Positions 12,701 through 25,087 are shown, numbered from the stretch's first letter. The stretch is DNA of 64,000 nucleotides from Phaeosaccion multiseriatum (GCA_965112735.1 OZ218965.1:1984001-2048000); one strand, 5' to 3'. Numbers and translations are program-made. The notes: a model not told the origin generated them from the sequence alone.

Positions 12701-15700
12701 GAGGAGGAGGAGGAGGAGGAGGAGGAGGAGGAGGAGGAGGAGGAGGAGGAGGAGGAGGAGGAGGAGGAGGAGGAGGAGGAGGAGGAGGAGGAGGAGGAGG
12801 AGGAGGAGGAGGAGGAGGAGGAGGAGGAGGAGGAGGAGGAGGAGGAGGAGGAGGAGGAGCGAGCAGCGCACACACAGACGCTCTTACCTTCACACAGATT
12901 GAACGGAAACTCCGATGGAACCAAGACGCCTCTGCTATAGAAGTCGTTGCTATTGGTGTTGCACAGTTGCACGGGGGGAGGGGGCACGCGTGACGATGAA
13001 GTACGAAGGGAGGGGGGTTCACTATCACTGTCGGCGGGTCACTGTCACTAACGCGTTTGTAGAGTGCAGTAGCGGCCTGGCACGGCCTAGCTACGCGGGG
13101 CAGGTCGAATCAAAAGTCTACGGTCTGAACTGCCTGGGACAAAAACTTACCATAACTGCCCTTCGCAGCATGATGTTGCACTAGCCGTCTGTTGGTCAAG
13201 GTCAAAGTGGAGTGGCAGAGCGAGTGGCAGAGAGCGTAGGAGACAGGTTGGCTGGTTAAGGGTATTGGAAACACTTGTTGCCCCACGACAGCCCTGTCCC
13301 ACCCACCTCGAGAAGCTTGCACGGATTGTCGTATATCGGACTGTCGAAGCCCCTCTCGCACGTCGCGGAGGACCTTCCGTACAAATCGACCTCCTGTATA
13401 GGGTGGGCCAGGCCAGCCAGGGCCGAAGACGGGGCGAGTCGAGGCATAAGCGACACGACACGCAGAGCGCCAACCAATAACAGTGTCAATAACAGCAGCC
13501 AACTACACGGTCGGGAAGGGCATTCTTCTGGTGCTGCTAGCAAAGGGGTGCGTCACCCCCGCTGTCCCCTCTCTCTTGCTCGGTGCAGCGAACCGACTTA
13601 CATTGCACGAAAATGGGTCCCTGCATGTCAAGTGAGCGGTGCACTCCGGGTCCTCCCCTCCGGTCGCAGTTATACAAGCTTGAGCGTTCTGTGGAGCGAC
13701 GCACAGGGAGGGACAAAGTAAGCAAGCAAGCAAGGGTGTTCAAGCCCCACCAAGAGGCTACAAACGAAAAGGGAGGAGACCACGGGTTGCTCAGGGCCGA
13801 TCAAAGAAACGAGCGAGGCATAGAGGTGATGCAGTAGTTCGAAACGAGGCCGGGGATGAGTAGTAGCTAAGGCCAGGCAAAGGGAGGAACAAGGAAATAA
13901 CACCATAGGGCCAGAGGAGGTATGGCCAGCCAGCGGATTGTGTTAGAAGCAAGAGGCAGATTTTGGCCAGGCGGTGAGAGCGAAACAACTGGCTGGTGCT
14001 GACTGATACTCACGGTACAGCCTGCAAACCCACTGCAGGTCACGGTCGACGAGCCCCCAAAAAAGGCACGCTGTGTGATGAAGAGAGGACGAAGGCGTTG
14101 GGGAGAGCAGAGGCAGGGCACGACAGGAGGTCGGTCGGGGGACGTAAGAGGCTAGCTGCCGTGCAGGGCGGGCACGAGCAAGGCACAGGAGGAGCGACTT
14201 GGAGACGAGTAGCGGCAGGACAGGGGGGAGGGAGACACGGACATCATGGCTGGGCACGCCGCGAGCGCGAGAGCGAATATGCTTGTTGTGCTCTCTCTTG
14301 TCCTCACCTGACAGGAGGCAAGGTCTTCGCAGGAAACTGTCGAGTCCTCAAATGTGGCATCCTGTGTGGTGTAGAGAGTAGCAAAGGGCGGGTCAGGAGG
14401 AGGTAGCGCATCGGCCTCGCGCCCTCCCCTAGAGGAGCTGACCAAGAACACAAACGAAGGCTTGGAGGCGTATGGGGGGCAAGGAAGAGCAGGGGAGGGA
14501 GGCAGTCGAGGAGCGCTGCAACGCCATTGCTTTCTCCAACTTGCCCCCACCACAGATCATCTCCCACACCCGACAACCAACCAGCCAACCACCGAGAGTG
14601 AGCCCTGTAAGAGGCGGTACAAGAGACTGGGAGAATACCAGAGGCACAGGCATCCGCAGTTCGTTCGTGCGCCTCCTGCCCACACGATGTGTTGTAGACT
14701 AGGTAGGGCTCACCGAACAAGACTGCGCATCTGTACATTGGACGGCGCAGTTCTTCACGACGGGTGGGCACACGCGGTGGTGCGGTGGCGAGGAGGGTCC
14801 GAGCGAGGCAGCAGTCCACGTGCGAGCACGCACAAACGCGACCAAAGAGAGGAGGGATGGAGAGGAGAGAGAAGGGCGATAGTGAGCAGGACTTTGTGGA
14901 CTACCGCCAGTAAGCAAAGAGCCCCCCCACTGGCCGCTCTCGTTCCCGCTAGCACAAGTAGGGGTGTCAAAGTAGCGGCAAGGGGTGACGCTGGGGGTGG
15001 CGACCCGGCAGGGCTTGCCTGTTGGACTTACAGCCGCGCAGGGCGAGACAGACACACCCCTTAATGCGCCCTTCCTCCCCTCCTCCTCCCTTTCCTCCGA
15101 GGGCAACACTCACCACGAAAGTGACGTCCTGACAGGCGGTAAGTCACGGGCAATGAGCCGCACAGCCAGTCCAGCCGGCAGGATGAGGCGGAGCAGGCCC
15201 AGTAAGATGGCAGCACATGCAGGCCATTACCGACGACAGCCCCAGGGGTGGAGGGAAGCAAGGAAGCACGGCAGGGCGGGAAGAGCAGCGCAAGGCCACC
15301 ATGGGGGAGGGTAGGTAAGCGCTTGACACAGATTGGCAGGAAACAACACAATCCCCTTCAAACAGGAGAGTGGACCAGCCGTTAGCTACAGCCCCGGTTG
15401 GGGGCGGGGGGGGCGACAAGAAGGTCCCCCCGACTCAAGGGGACGAGGTGAAAGAATGATGAGCGAGTACCCACCTCGCAGGTCACTCCGGTGCAGATGA
15501 TGGGATTGGCTTCATCAGGAGAAGCGCAGGTGCAGGTACCAGCAGTGCCGGAAGTCGAGTCATACCCTCCCTCTCCGGTGCAGACGACATCGTCCAACAC
15601 TGGTGGTCCACGGCAATCAAATGCCATAGAAAAAGGAAAGAACAAGTTGTTTCGGGACAGGAAGAGGAGGAGGACGAGGAGGAGGAGGTTGTGATGGTGG

Positions 15701-16013
15701 TGGTGAACGAGGAGGAGGAGTGGAGGCCGAAGGAGAAACGTGGGTCCGCTTAGGCTGTCCTCCTTCACTACGGGCAGCTTGGTGCTTCCTTCGCTGATGG
15801 GGGTGGACTGGCTGGGGGTACGGGAGAGGGCCAGGCTGGCAGCCATGCTGCACTATACGGAAGAAGAACAGCCCAGCAGGAGCCCGCAAATTAGCTGCTC
15901 GCTCGCTCGCTCTCACCTTGGCCATGCACGCTTGGGATGAGCTCCTGTCCGATCAACTGCACCAAGCCCACCACGAGCAGCAGTGGGCGGAGACGCGCAG
16001 AAGAGGACTTCAT
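6714..16013 (-). CDS. Secreted multidomain protein, ~928 aa, 23 exons: signal peptide, two Cys-rich micro-exon repeat modules (CxxxxxC, 18-19 aa), discoidin/galactose-binding-like domain, 2x CBM4/9-like domains
   Basis: All junctions GT-AG and phase-consistent: 16013-15917, 15599-15475, 15128-15114, 14752-14714, 14361-14308, 14070-14014, 13688-13602, 13393-13307, 13188-13151, 12949-12888, 12100-11925, 11566-11552, 11252-11214, 10903-10847, 10473-10417, 10033-9977, 9764-9708, 9403-9278, 9133-9068, 8959-8922, 8660-8635, 8321-7953, 7756-6714 (sum 2787 nt, divisible by 3). The last exon has NLLRNPGF..W and NLLSNPDF..W CBM starts. Confidence 0.75.
12103..12858. repeat. (GGT)n-(GGA)n microsatellite, ~750 bp, inside intron 12887-12101 of the micro-exon gene
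   Basis: Near-pure GGA run ~12190-12858. On the minus strand there is a GTAAGA donor at 12887 and no AG until 12102. Confidence 0.95.
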
Positions 16014-16428
16014 CTCCTGGTGGCTGGGTGTGGCTGAGGAGGGCGAGGCAGGCAGGAGGGAGGAGGAGACCGGAGGAGGGGCGGAGGAGGCAGGGCGGGG
16101 CGGGTGGCATCTTTGATCAGCGGGCAGCCTCAGGCCCAGCCCAAGCAAAGCAGCAGCATTTCGGGACTGCCTGTTGTCGCTGCCTGGCCCACCAGCAACA
16201 GCAGGCAGAGGATTTCCCCCTTTCGATCTCTCTTACCTTCTCTCTCCTTCTTCTTTTGTCTTGATCCCCCTCTTCCTCGGCCGCTTCCTTGAAGTAGCTA
16301 AGGCCAGGCCCTACGAATTCGGGGTTGCTTGCTTGCTTTGCTTCAAATGGCACCACGGCGGCGGACAAGCAAGGAGCGAGGAGGTTGTGGAGGGAGCAGC
16401 GGCAGCAGCAACAGCGACAGCAGCGACA

Positions 16429-16476
<48 letters not shown>

Positions 16477-16939
16477 CGGAGACGGCGCAAAATATCGCAA
16501 AACGACCTGCGAAAACAAAAAAAAATGTGTAAATTCAGTGGATTCAGTGGTAAAGCAGCCCAGGGGGGTTTATCGGGGTTTGCCCCCCCTCCGCGCCATA
16601 CCTCCTCGCCTGGGCTAATCATAATTATAATTAGAGAGGCGATAGCGAGAGTGCAGCATACCGTTGGAAGCGCATGAAGTACTTCCACACTCTGCCAAGG
16701 GTAGAGGGCTTAAGATAGAGGACGGGGCGTGATAACACCGTCGAAATTGTCTTACTTTCCCTCGGTTCAGGTGTCACAGACATAACGAAGTTAGGGAGGG
16801 GGGACAAAAGGCCGTGCAAAGGCACCAGAGGGACACTTTAGTTCGTATTCTGCGCCCTACAAGCGGGGGAAGTACGTATGGAGGAGGAAAAGCGGCAGAG
16901 AACGGAGACAGCACAGTGGCACTAGAGAAGAGAGGGGCG

Positions 16940-16942
<3 letters not shown>

Positions 16943-16999
<57 letters not shown>

Positions 17000-17017
17000 G
17001 AGAGGGAGAGAGAGAGG
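16943..17017. repeat. (GA)n microsatellite at the edge of the duplicated block
   Basis: Visible dinucleotide run. Confidence 0.9.
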
Positions 17018-17022
17018 ATGAT

Positions 17023-17172
17023 CCGTCGACCACTCCGTCACCAAGCACTGCCGGCTCCGAAAGACTGGACGAGTCGACGAAGACCGTCGTCAGAGGGGCA
17101 TTGACTGCGTTTGAAAACGCCGTGAGCTGACTGGTTCCTGCTCGTGCGCCCTCTTCTTCAGCATCCTTGGCA
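17023..17172 (-). mobile_element. Inverted copy of part of the 4-6 kb transposon remnant (6007-6144)
   Basis: 17081-17172 is the reverse complement of ~6007-6090 (gccaaggatgctgaagaagagggcgcacgagcaggaaccagtcagctcacggcgttttcaaacgcagtcaatgcccctctga). Confidence 0.8.
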
Positions 17173-17815
17173 GTTTGTGGACCAGCTTCAAAGCCCCTCT
17201 TGTCGAGTGCGTGGGCTGGGGGGATCTGTGTGGCCTAAGGGGGACAGGAGGAAGTGAACGAGTGGCCGCAAAAGGGGGATGTACGAGCACTTGAAGACAT
17301 CAACGTGTGCTTGGAGACACCTCCCTGGACTTATGAGGCGCCTCGGTGGAGAGACAAGGAGCTAGGAGGCAGGACGCTGTAGCTCAAAGGCGGGAGCGAC
17401 TGGTGGTTCGGAGAGGGCGTGGCGGTGCTCCACAGCAGGAGCAGGAGGAGTCAGCTGTTGGTGGTCACGGCACACCTCTTCCACATACACTGCCTCGAGT
17501 TTGTTCCGCTAGACTTCCAGGAGGGGTTGTGACCCCGTATACGATGGAGAGCAGCTGCGGACCTAGCTTAACTCGTGATTTCAAATTACATAACATTGTG
17601 CACCTTCTGAAAGGGACCCCTGTAACCTTTTCCTTCGGTTTGCGATGCGCCACCCCCCCCCCCCGACTCAACCACGGGCCCAGACGCTGCCGTTGCTGGT
17701 GCTGGTGCTGCTACTGCTACTGCTGCTCTGCTGCTACGCTTCCCCCGTGAAGGTCTAGCTCTATTAGCTAAGCCTTATAAAAAAAAAAAAAAAAAACACC
17801 TTATCGTACAATGTT

Positions 17816-18986
17816 TTAATCTCCGGTGGTGAAAAGAGGGGAGTGAATGTAAATCTCCTGCGGGGGACGGACGGGGAGGGGGTCAGGCAAGAGTGAGGAG
17901 GGGGGCTGACGAGACATCGAAGGTGTGTATGTGCGTGTGCTCCAGAGGGAAGGGAAGGGAAGGAAGGAAGGAAGGAAGGAAGGAAGGACAAAGCAACTCT
18001 CACTCTTCGCCCCCCTTCTCTTTCTTATCCCTGTCCATACACACACACAGACACCACCACCACGACATCGCTACCTCCCTCCGTCCGGATTGAGCAGACT
18101 GCCCCACCCGCAGGCACACGAAAGCACACGTATGTAAGCATACGTACCCATCCGACGAGGCTGAGAATGGCGAACCACGTCCCCGTCTTGATACCCTGTG
18201 AGGCAAGCATAGTAGAGCAGAGCAGTTGGTGATACAGAGCAGAGAGAGAGCAGAGTAGAGCAAATCGGGGGGTAAGGAAGTAAGTCGAGGTGAGTCAAGT
18301 CCACTCACTGCACTCCCCACGCCACCATCGGAACGCCTGACTAGAGCGGGGTGCAAAACGAACAGCACCGGGAGCGGTGAAGTGCCCTCCCTCGTCAACT
18401 CGGCCCACATACCTTCAGAATGGACCCTTCTTCAAACTTCTCTGCGGCGCTCCGTGTGTCCTCTAACTTAGCGGCCGCGGCGCTGCCTGAGATGGGCGTG
18501 AGAGAGCTCTCATACCTAGTGTCATCTGGCGACACTTCCTCCCCTCCCCCCCTTTCACCCAAGCTACCGGGGAGCTTGATTCTGGCTTGCTGCTCAGTGG
18601 GGGGGATGCGGCGGTCAGGAATGCAAAGGAGTAAGGAGAGGAGGGGAGGGGGACTTGAGCTTCCACAGATGACAATGGCGAAGGGAAGGATGACAACGAT
18701 GAAGGGAAAAGGTGGAAAAAAAAGGGGCAGTACAACGTACACTACACACATGACCTCCTTCTCCCTGAAAGTTGCCACCCACCTGTGGCAGTGTTTTCGG
18801 TTTGGGCATGCCCTGGGGAGCTTGCATGCCTCCCCAGTCTTCGTCAAAGAGCTCTGTCACAGTGGGGTCAAAGCTGAGAGAGCTGATGCTCCCTTTGATG
18901 TTCTCGATTTGCTCGCCAGATACCTGCAGAGAGCGGGAGGGTGGGGCAGATGGAAAGTGGGGCAGATGGAGAGTAAGGGAGAGGTA

Positions 18987-19064
<78 letters not shown>

Positions 19065-19534
19065 AGGGAGGGAGGGAGGGCCCGAAGGAGAGAGAAGCAG
19101 AGGGGGAGTCAACGCGAAGGACCTCACTCCCAAAAAAAAAATGGGCATTTACAGCCCCAGCCGTCGCATTAAATTCTCCACGTACTGGCCCTTCCCCGCT
19201 CCTTGCCTTGCTCCTTGCCTCACTCCTCACTCACCACCACGCGCTTCTCCTGCGCCTTGCCTCCCTCATCCACCCTCCGTCGCCGCCTCTTCTTCCCCGA
19301 CTTGCCCGACCTCGATCCCTTCTCCGCCCACAGACCCACTGCAGATCTCCTCTGCTGCTGCCCCGTCCACAACCCCTGCCCAAGCTGCTGAGTCCTGGCG
19401 CTGGAGCAGCGATGGGTATGAACGCCCCCGGCCACCCCCTGCCCACCCAACGGGGTCACAGCTGTGAAGGAGAAGCCAGCCACAGCCGTGACGCACAGTA
19501 AGAGCAGCGTGAGCCCTCCTGTCATCTCCCTCAT
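17816..19534 (-). CDS. Plastid-targeted hypothetical protein with a C-terminal transmembrane helix
   Basis: Signal peptide MTGGLTLLLLCVTAVAG|FSF (ASAFAP-like) plus transit peptide. Spliced exons VSGEQIEN..., QARIKLPG...SILK, GIKTGTWFAILSLVGW, EIYIHSPLFTTGD*. Introns contain (CT)n runs. Confidence 0.65.
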
Positions 19535-19648
19535 CCTTCTTTTTTCTCTTTGTTTGTCTTCATGATCCAGCGGGGCCCGTACGCTTCTAATTTTCCTTTT
19601 AGTCTTTTTTCTTTTTCGGTCAACAAAACCCATGAAATTAATTTTATT

Positions 19649-19985
19649 TTTAACACTCGATTTGCGTAAGAATCGCCCAAATCGCCCGATTTCTGGCCCA
19701 ATTTTTTTTTTGCACATATGCAGCAAAAGGACGCTATGAGAAGCGCTATAGCTCTTCGTGTAGCTCTTTGAGATCCCCACCGATCTATGGTCTTTCGGCT
19801 TTCATCGCCTCTTCCCTTCCGTAGTTGTCAGCTTTTCCGCAGCAGCACCCCCTTCCTCGACCCCTGACGTGCTATTATGCTATCTGCTATCGCCGGCGCC
19901 AGCCGGCGTGCTATCTGCTATTGCCGGCGCCAGCCGGCGTGCTATGTGCTATCGCCGGCGCCAGCCGGCGTTTTGTGCTATTCGC
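19649..19985 (+). repeat. Left TIR plus subterminal tandem repeats (gctatcgccggcgccagccggcgt x3)
   Basis: Inverted match to 28176-28586; ~31-nt units at 19886-19985, with related units at 28050-28125. Confidence 0.85.
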
Positions 19986-20235
19986 CCCCCCGGGGTCGGG
20001 GGTGGGAGGGTGCGCGTGCGGGGGGCTAGGAGCGGAGGAAGCAACTCACACGTGTTTCATTGCCATTAATTCGCGTCAGTTCTTGTATAGTATGCCTAAG
20101 GGAGTATATCAAGGTCCACCCTCTGCCTGGCCTGGCTGACCTGCTGCCCGTGCACCCCTACCTCTCCGCCCTGTGATTGACTGGCTCTCCGCTAGCTCAG
20201 CCGGCGGACGGCCCGATCGACATTGTGCTCGCCAA

Positions 20236-23200
20236 TCAGTCACTTTTACCACTAGGGCAGGCAGCATTCACTCCGTCACAATACCAGTCCCCTTCAGGAA
20301 GCGTAGAGAGGGGAGGGGTCAGGCAGTACGTGTGAAACTCCTCATCGCAGCCGTCACATAGCAACATTTTGTCGTGGTCAACATCTTTCTGACAGACTAG
20401 ACATGCAGTGGCTTCGCTGGAGCTAGAGTCTGCTGCTTTTGCCGTGCCACGAGACAAAGCCCCATAACTCTCGGGCTTGTTTACCGTGCGCCCACGTGAG
20501 GACATCGCCCCCACCACCTTTCCGATGATGTTCTTGCGCAGTGTTCTCAGGTTCAGCGCCTCCTGCTCGCCATCACTGCTATCGTCCTCAGACATGTCCT
20601 CTCCCATGTGCACGCTTGGGTCGGGGGGGGCGTATCCCATCGCCTTGGCCACCTCTTGGCCCTCCGCCTCTCTGTTGACAATCTGCTTGCACTCCTCGTG
20701 CTGCTCCTCCGTGATGGCAAACCTCCGAAGCCTTCTCTGCGCGCACACCCCTCCTGAAGCTGCATGTGAGCCTTCGATGTACATTGCTTCGTGGTAGCGG
20801 GGCAATGCGCCATAAATGGCAGCACAAGACACAGAAGCCTCTTTCCCGCCGTCGACTTCGTAGACGACTGCTGCAGCCCCATCCCCGTCCTGGGACTCGT
20901 CGGTAGAGTCCTGTTCAGCGACGTGAAAGTATGAAACACCAGGCTTTGCCGGAACCACCTTCTGCTTGGAGCCTCGTCCCTTCTTCGAGACGATCACCTC
21001 CTTCCGAAGATCGACGCGAAGCTGTGCAAGAAAAAAGCTCTCCTCCGACCCCTTGTCTGCCCTGACTATCACAACGTCATTTGCCCTGTAGAGAATGCGA
21101 GTTCGGACGGATTCACCGGTCTTCCGTCCTTTCTGTCCGCGCTTCCTCGCTCCCGAGCTCTCATGCAAGCGCGACAGGTATCCACTCGGGTCGTTGCTTT
21201 GCGCAGAGTTGGGAGCAAACGCCACCGAACGCGGGGCCGCTCCAACATTGTACTTCCTCTTGTTGGTTACACGCTGCTGCGGAACCTTCCTAAGACGAGC
21301 CGCCGCATTGCGAAGCGTCTGCGTGTCCTTCTTGCGCTGCTTCCGTTGCCCTTCGTCAAGCTTCTCCGCTACCCTTGGTCGCTTCAACACGGGTGAAGCC
21401 ACCAATCTGCTCTCGTTTTGCTCCAGCTGGTATCCCGCCCTGAGCTTTCGACCGCTGCTGTTGACGCTGCTTGTGCAGTAGGCAAAGCCCATGCTGGGGT
21501 TGGCCTTCTTCGCAGCCTCAAGCATCACAAGGCCCCTTCTTCGGGCATACTCAAGAGCGTCTGGAACATCCTGGCGGCCTTCCCTTTGCTTCGTGAAGAA
21601 AGTCTCAACATTGAGGGTCAAAACGCTCCTCATCTGCATCTTCTCCACGATGCCGCGAGGCACTCCCTGCTGACGGAAATGAGCGAGGAAGCATCAAGCA
21701 AGGAGCGAACAGCGAAGCCGTGAGACGAAAGGGCAAGGCTGATTTCCAAACGCACGCGCCCACGGACACGGACATTTTTACTCACGCACTCACGCACACA
21801 CACGCACACAGCCATGGGGAGCACCCCCCTTCTCACCTCTGCAAGCATCCGATGTAGCATCCGAGGTAGTGCCTGCAGGCTCGCCTTGATAGCACCTCGA
21901 ACTTCGCGTGATGGCATTCCTTCAGGGCCCTGGAGAGAGACCAGGGATTTGCCTGTGGCAGCTGATATCGCTTTCCCCATGTGACTGAGAGCCAAGTCGA
22001 CCACATGAAGCTTGGCAATGCTCTCCTCCATCGTGCGTGCGTTGTTTTGCATGTCTTTGCCATTCTCATCCAAGTCTTCGCCCTGGAGCTGATACGCCTC
22101 ACTCAACATCCGTTGTAGTGGGATGAGGTGCTGGGCGTAGACGTAGCAGTCCGAGATCATTCGAATGCACTGGTTTCCAGTGTCGGACAAGAAGAAAGCG
22201 TTGTACACGAAGCAGCCGAACGTAGGTCTGAACAAAGGTACTTTCGATGCCGTACCGCTGGCAGTGCTCTCTCCGGGTTCTGTGTTTCCCTGTCCGCCCA
22301 TCAGCACGGATGATCCCTTCCAGCTTAGCACCCCACTGTCACGACGAAGGAGAACCTTGACAAGCGCATGCAAACCTTCATCTAGCATGAGGATGACGAT
22401 CATATCTTCATCATCGTATGCACCGGGTGGGGCCAACGTGAGTCCACAAGGCTGAGTCCCCACGTGAGACTTCACGCACGTGAGGTGTGCGCGCCTTGGC
22501 TTCTCAACAGTACCATCTTCCTCGTCATCAGTCAGAGCCATGAGTGTATCTCCGTCATTGCCACTGCCACCCTCTGGTCCTCCGGCACGTTCCACATTGC
22601 CCTCCCAGACAAAAAGCGAGCTGTCGGCGATGCAGGCAACGCAGTCATGCGAGAGTGCTGTGAGGCCCGCAGGTCCCTTGGGTAGGTCACACAGCTTCTC
22701 GCTCACAGGTGCAAAAGGGTTGCCAGCATCAAATGAGAGCCGGTGTAGTGCTCCCCCCCCGCCAGGTTCCTCTTGGGTGACAAAGAGGTCGAACGCGCGC
22801 TCAGAGGACACGGCAAGCGCAATGGCAACGGGGCAACGGATGCCCTCCTCTTCTCTCTCCTCGAGGACATTCTCCTCAGAAGTGCAACGCTCCTGGATCC
22901 GACGGACCAAGGGCACTGCCTTCAAATTCAAATGCCGTTGCTGAGTCTGTCTCCCCCGACCACGCGCTGCTACATGCCCGTCCGGTTGCTGGTCGTCGTC
23001 ATCATCATCGTCGCCCTCCTCCGCCGCCGCGCGGGGTCCCCTGTTTCCTGGAAGAGCGGCCAGCACATGCACCACCCAAATCTGATTCGCTCCACTGTCA
23101 CACATGTACACGTAGTCGCCAACCACGACGAGAGACCCAAGACTCTGGAAGCAGTCGTCTCGCAGAACAACCTCTGTGGTACAAGGCACATGATGGGCCT

Positions 23201-25057
23201 TGAGCATGCGCAGATGCCTGCCTGAACGATCGGCGTTGAAGATCATGCCAGAGCCATGATGGTAGCCCATACCAGTCGGCTTCTGAGTCTGCGAGGCCAT
23301 GTTCTGATGCCAGAAACCCCACGGCTCCGGGCACACGGTCACCCCCACGAGAGCACGGCGCTTCTCCCGCTCCTCCTCTGAGAGTAGAGCCAACTGCAGA
23401 GACGCCGTCGTAACAGCGATTGCGCTCTCCACTGAGAAAGGATCCTTGTTTTCAATGGCGTCAAGGCCAACATTGGCTTGTACTGCTTCACTTCGAGCCG
23501 GGTCCAGATCGTGGAATCTGGCGCGAAGAGTTCGCAGTCCGACTAGCCAGCCCTGGCAGACGACCCACCAATTGAATGTCGTAGCACGAACACACTTTAC
23601 AAGGTGAGCCCCGTCAGGCAGTGCCTCATACCACCCCAGGGGGTCGTCCTCTCCGAGGGTTCTTGCCGCCATTTTCCGAATGAAGGCAAGCTGTGCGCCA
23701 TTACAGTCTGTTGAGATGCACAATGGTCGGAGACTCTTGCACACGAGCCCTTTCCTCTTGCACCTCGAGCAGACTCTGCTGGAGAACTGAGTCGCGCAAA
23801 CGCACTCACTTTCACCGCAAGGACCCTCCCCTCCGGTGGGACAAGCTTGGTGGCAATCACACGCCTCGCCCATCTCCACCCACGAGGGGTTCTCCCCCGT
23901 CAGAATCCGCTGCCAGAAAAGCTCGAGACAAGGGATGCAAACACGCAGCGCCTTCATGATTTCGGTCACGCTCGCGGCAACACTTTTGTAGTCACCCCCT
24001 GCGGTGTGAAGCTGAAAACCGATGGAGCCCGTGTATGCCCCTTTCAGATCCATCATCATAACTTCCATCATCTCGGAACCCAGCTTAGGTGCGTCCTCGT
24101 CTCGCAGCTGGAACAGAACGAGTAGCGATAAGGGAGGGTTGACAGGAGGCGAAGCAAAGGCGGGGCTGCAGCGTGAGCGAGCGAGCGAGGAGGCGTGATT
24201 AAGATTGACGATGGATCAACAGTGATTCTGCCCCGAAAGATCAGTGGGAAGGAGGGGACGCCACGCACCTGAGCATCAGACTTTTCCAGTATTGCCTTCG
24301 CCTGCTCCAGTGTTGTATTTCCAAACTGATGTGCATTGCCCCAATTGGTTTGGCTGGTTGTATCAGTATGATGGCCCTTGGCAATGACGAAGCCATCCAT
24401 TTGGACAGTCACGGGAACCACAATCTTCTCGTTGCCTTTGTCGCCAAGAGTGTAGGCTTGGTCGGCACAGAAGCGGGCGAAGACATTGACGACGTTGATA
24501 ATGTCTTCGACTTGCAGACCGTACCTCTTGATTAGGCCAGGCCTGCGCCTAATGAGTGCTCTCGGATGAAAGCCGCCTGTGTTCGCCCTGCGGAAGTAGT
24601 CCTTCATGGCCTGGTCCCTGGAGACGTTGGGGCCACGAACCTTCTTTCTGCGGGGTGCCCCATAGGAGAGCATGGAGCATGCTGAACCAAATACGTTCTG
24701 CTGGGTCTCATTAAACTGTCGCAGCGTCTCGTAGCCATTGAGCTGCTTGCTCGCGGCCACAGTCTGACGCCTGGACCAAAGGCCGCTGTTCATGACCCAA
24801 CGATGCACCGTTTGATACATGAAGTGACTCCGAGTAAAGTGCCCTCGATCAAGATGGAATTGGATCGCAAAGGGAACAATGTCGACATCGTTTACGTCCC
24901 GGGTAAGCTCTACACGCCCGCTGTCCGCGTCTTCCGTCACAGCCACCCGCCCATGGTCTTCTTCTGTCGCGGACGAGCCCGCGGCGCCCATCGCCTTTGT
25001 TTGTGGCCAAATGTGAAACGGCAGAATCTTTATTGGCTTATAGCTGGCTGGGCCCAT
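20236..25057 (-). CDS. Putative P-element-like DDE transposase (~1480-1500 aa) with Cys-rich insert, NHL-like beta-propeller, BAH-like domain and PHD finger
   Basis: Three ORFs joined in frame by introns 24268-24108 and 21836-21667. Motifs VQMDG (D ~24396), ISTDCNG (D ~23707), LPDGAHLVKCVRA (like P-type DxPHLxKxxRN) and SVLTLNVETFF (E ~21605, like QDxLExFF). Propeller blades (KPTGMGY..IFNADRS, VYMCDSGANQI, FFLSDTGNQCIR). C-terminal CLVC..LLCDGCDEEFHTYCLTPPL..PEGDWYC. Start is 25057 or 24991. Confidence 0.75.
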
Positions 25058-25087
25058 GGCTGGGCCCCACTGGTTCAAAAGTCCTTC

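Noticed and set aside
11841-13028. Long poly-P/G/S/E/L ORFs
   Set aside because: Artefacts of the (GGA)n tract; splice signals place it in an intron.
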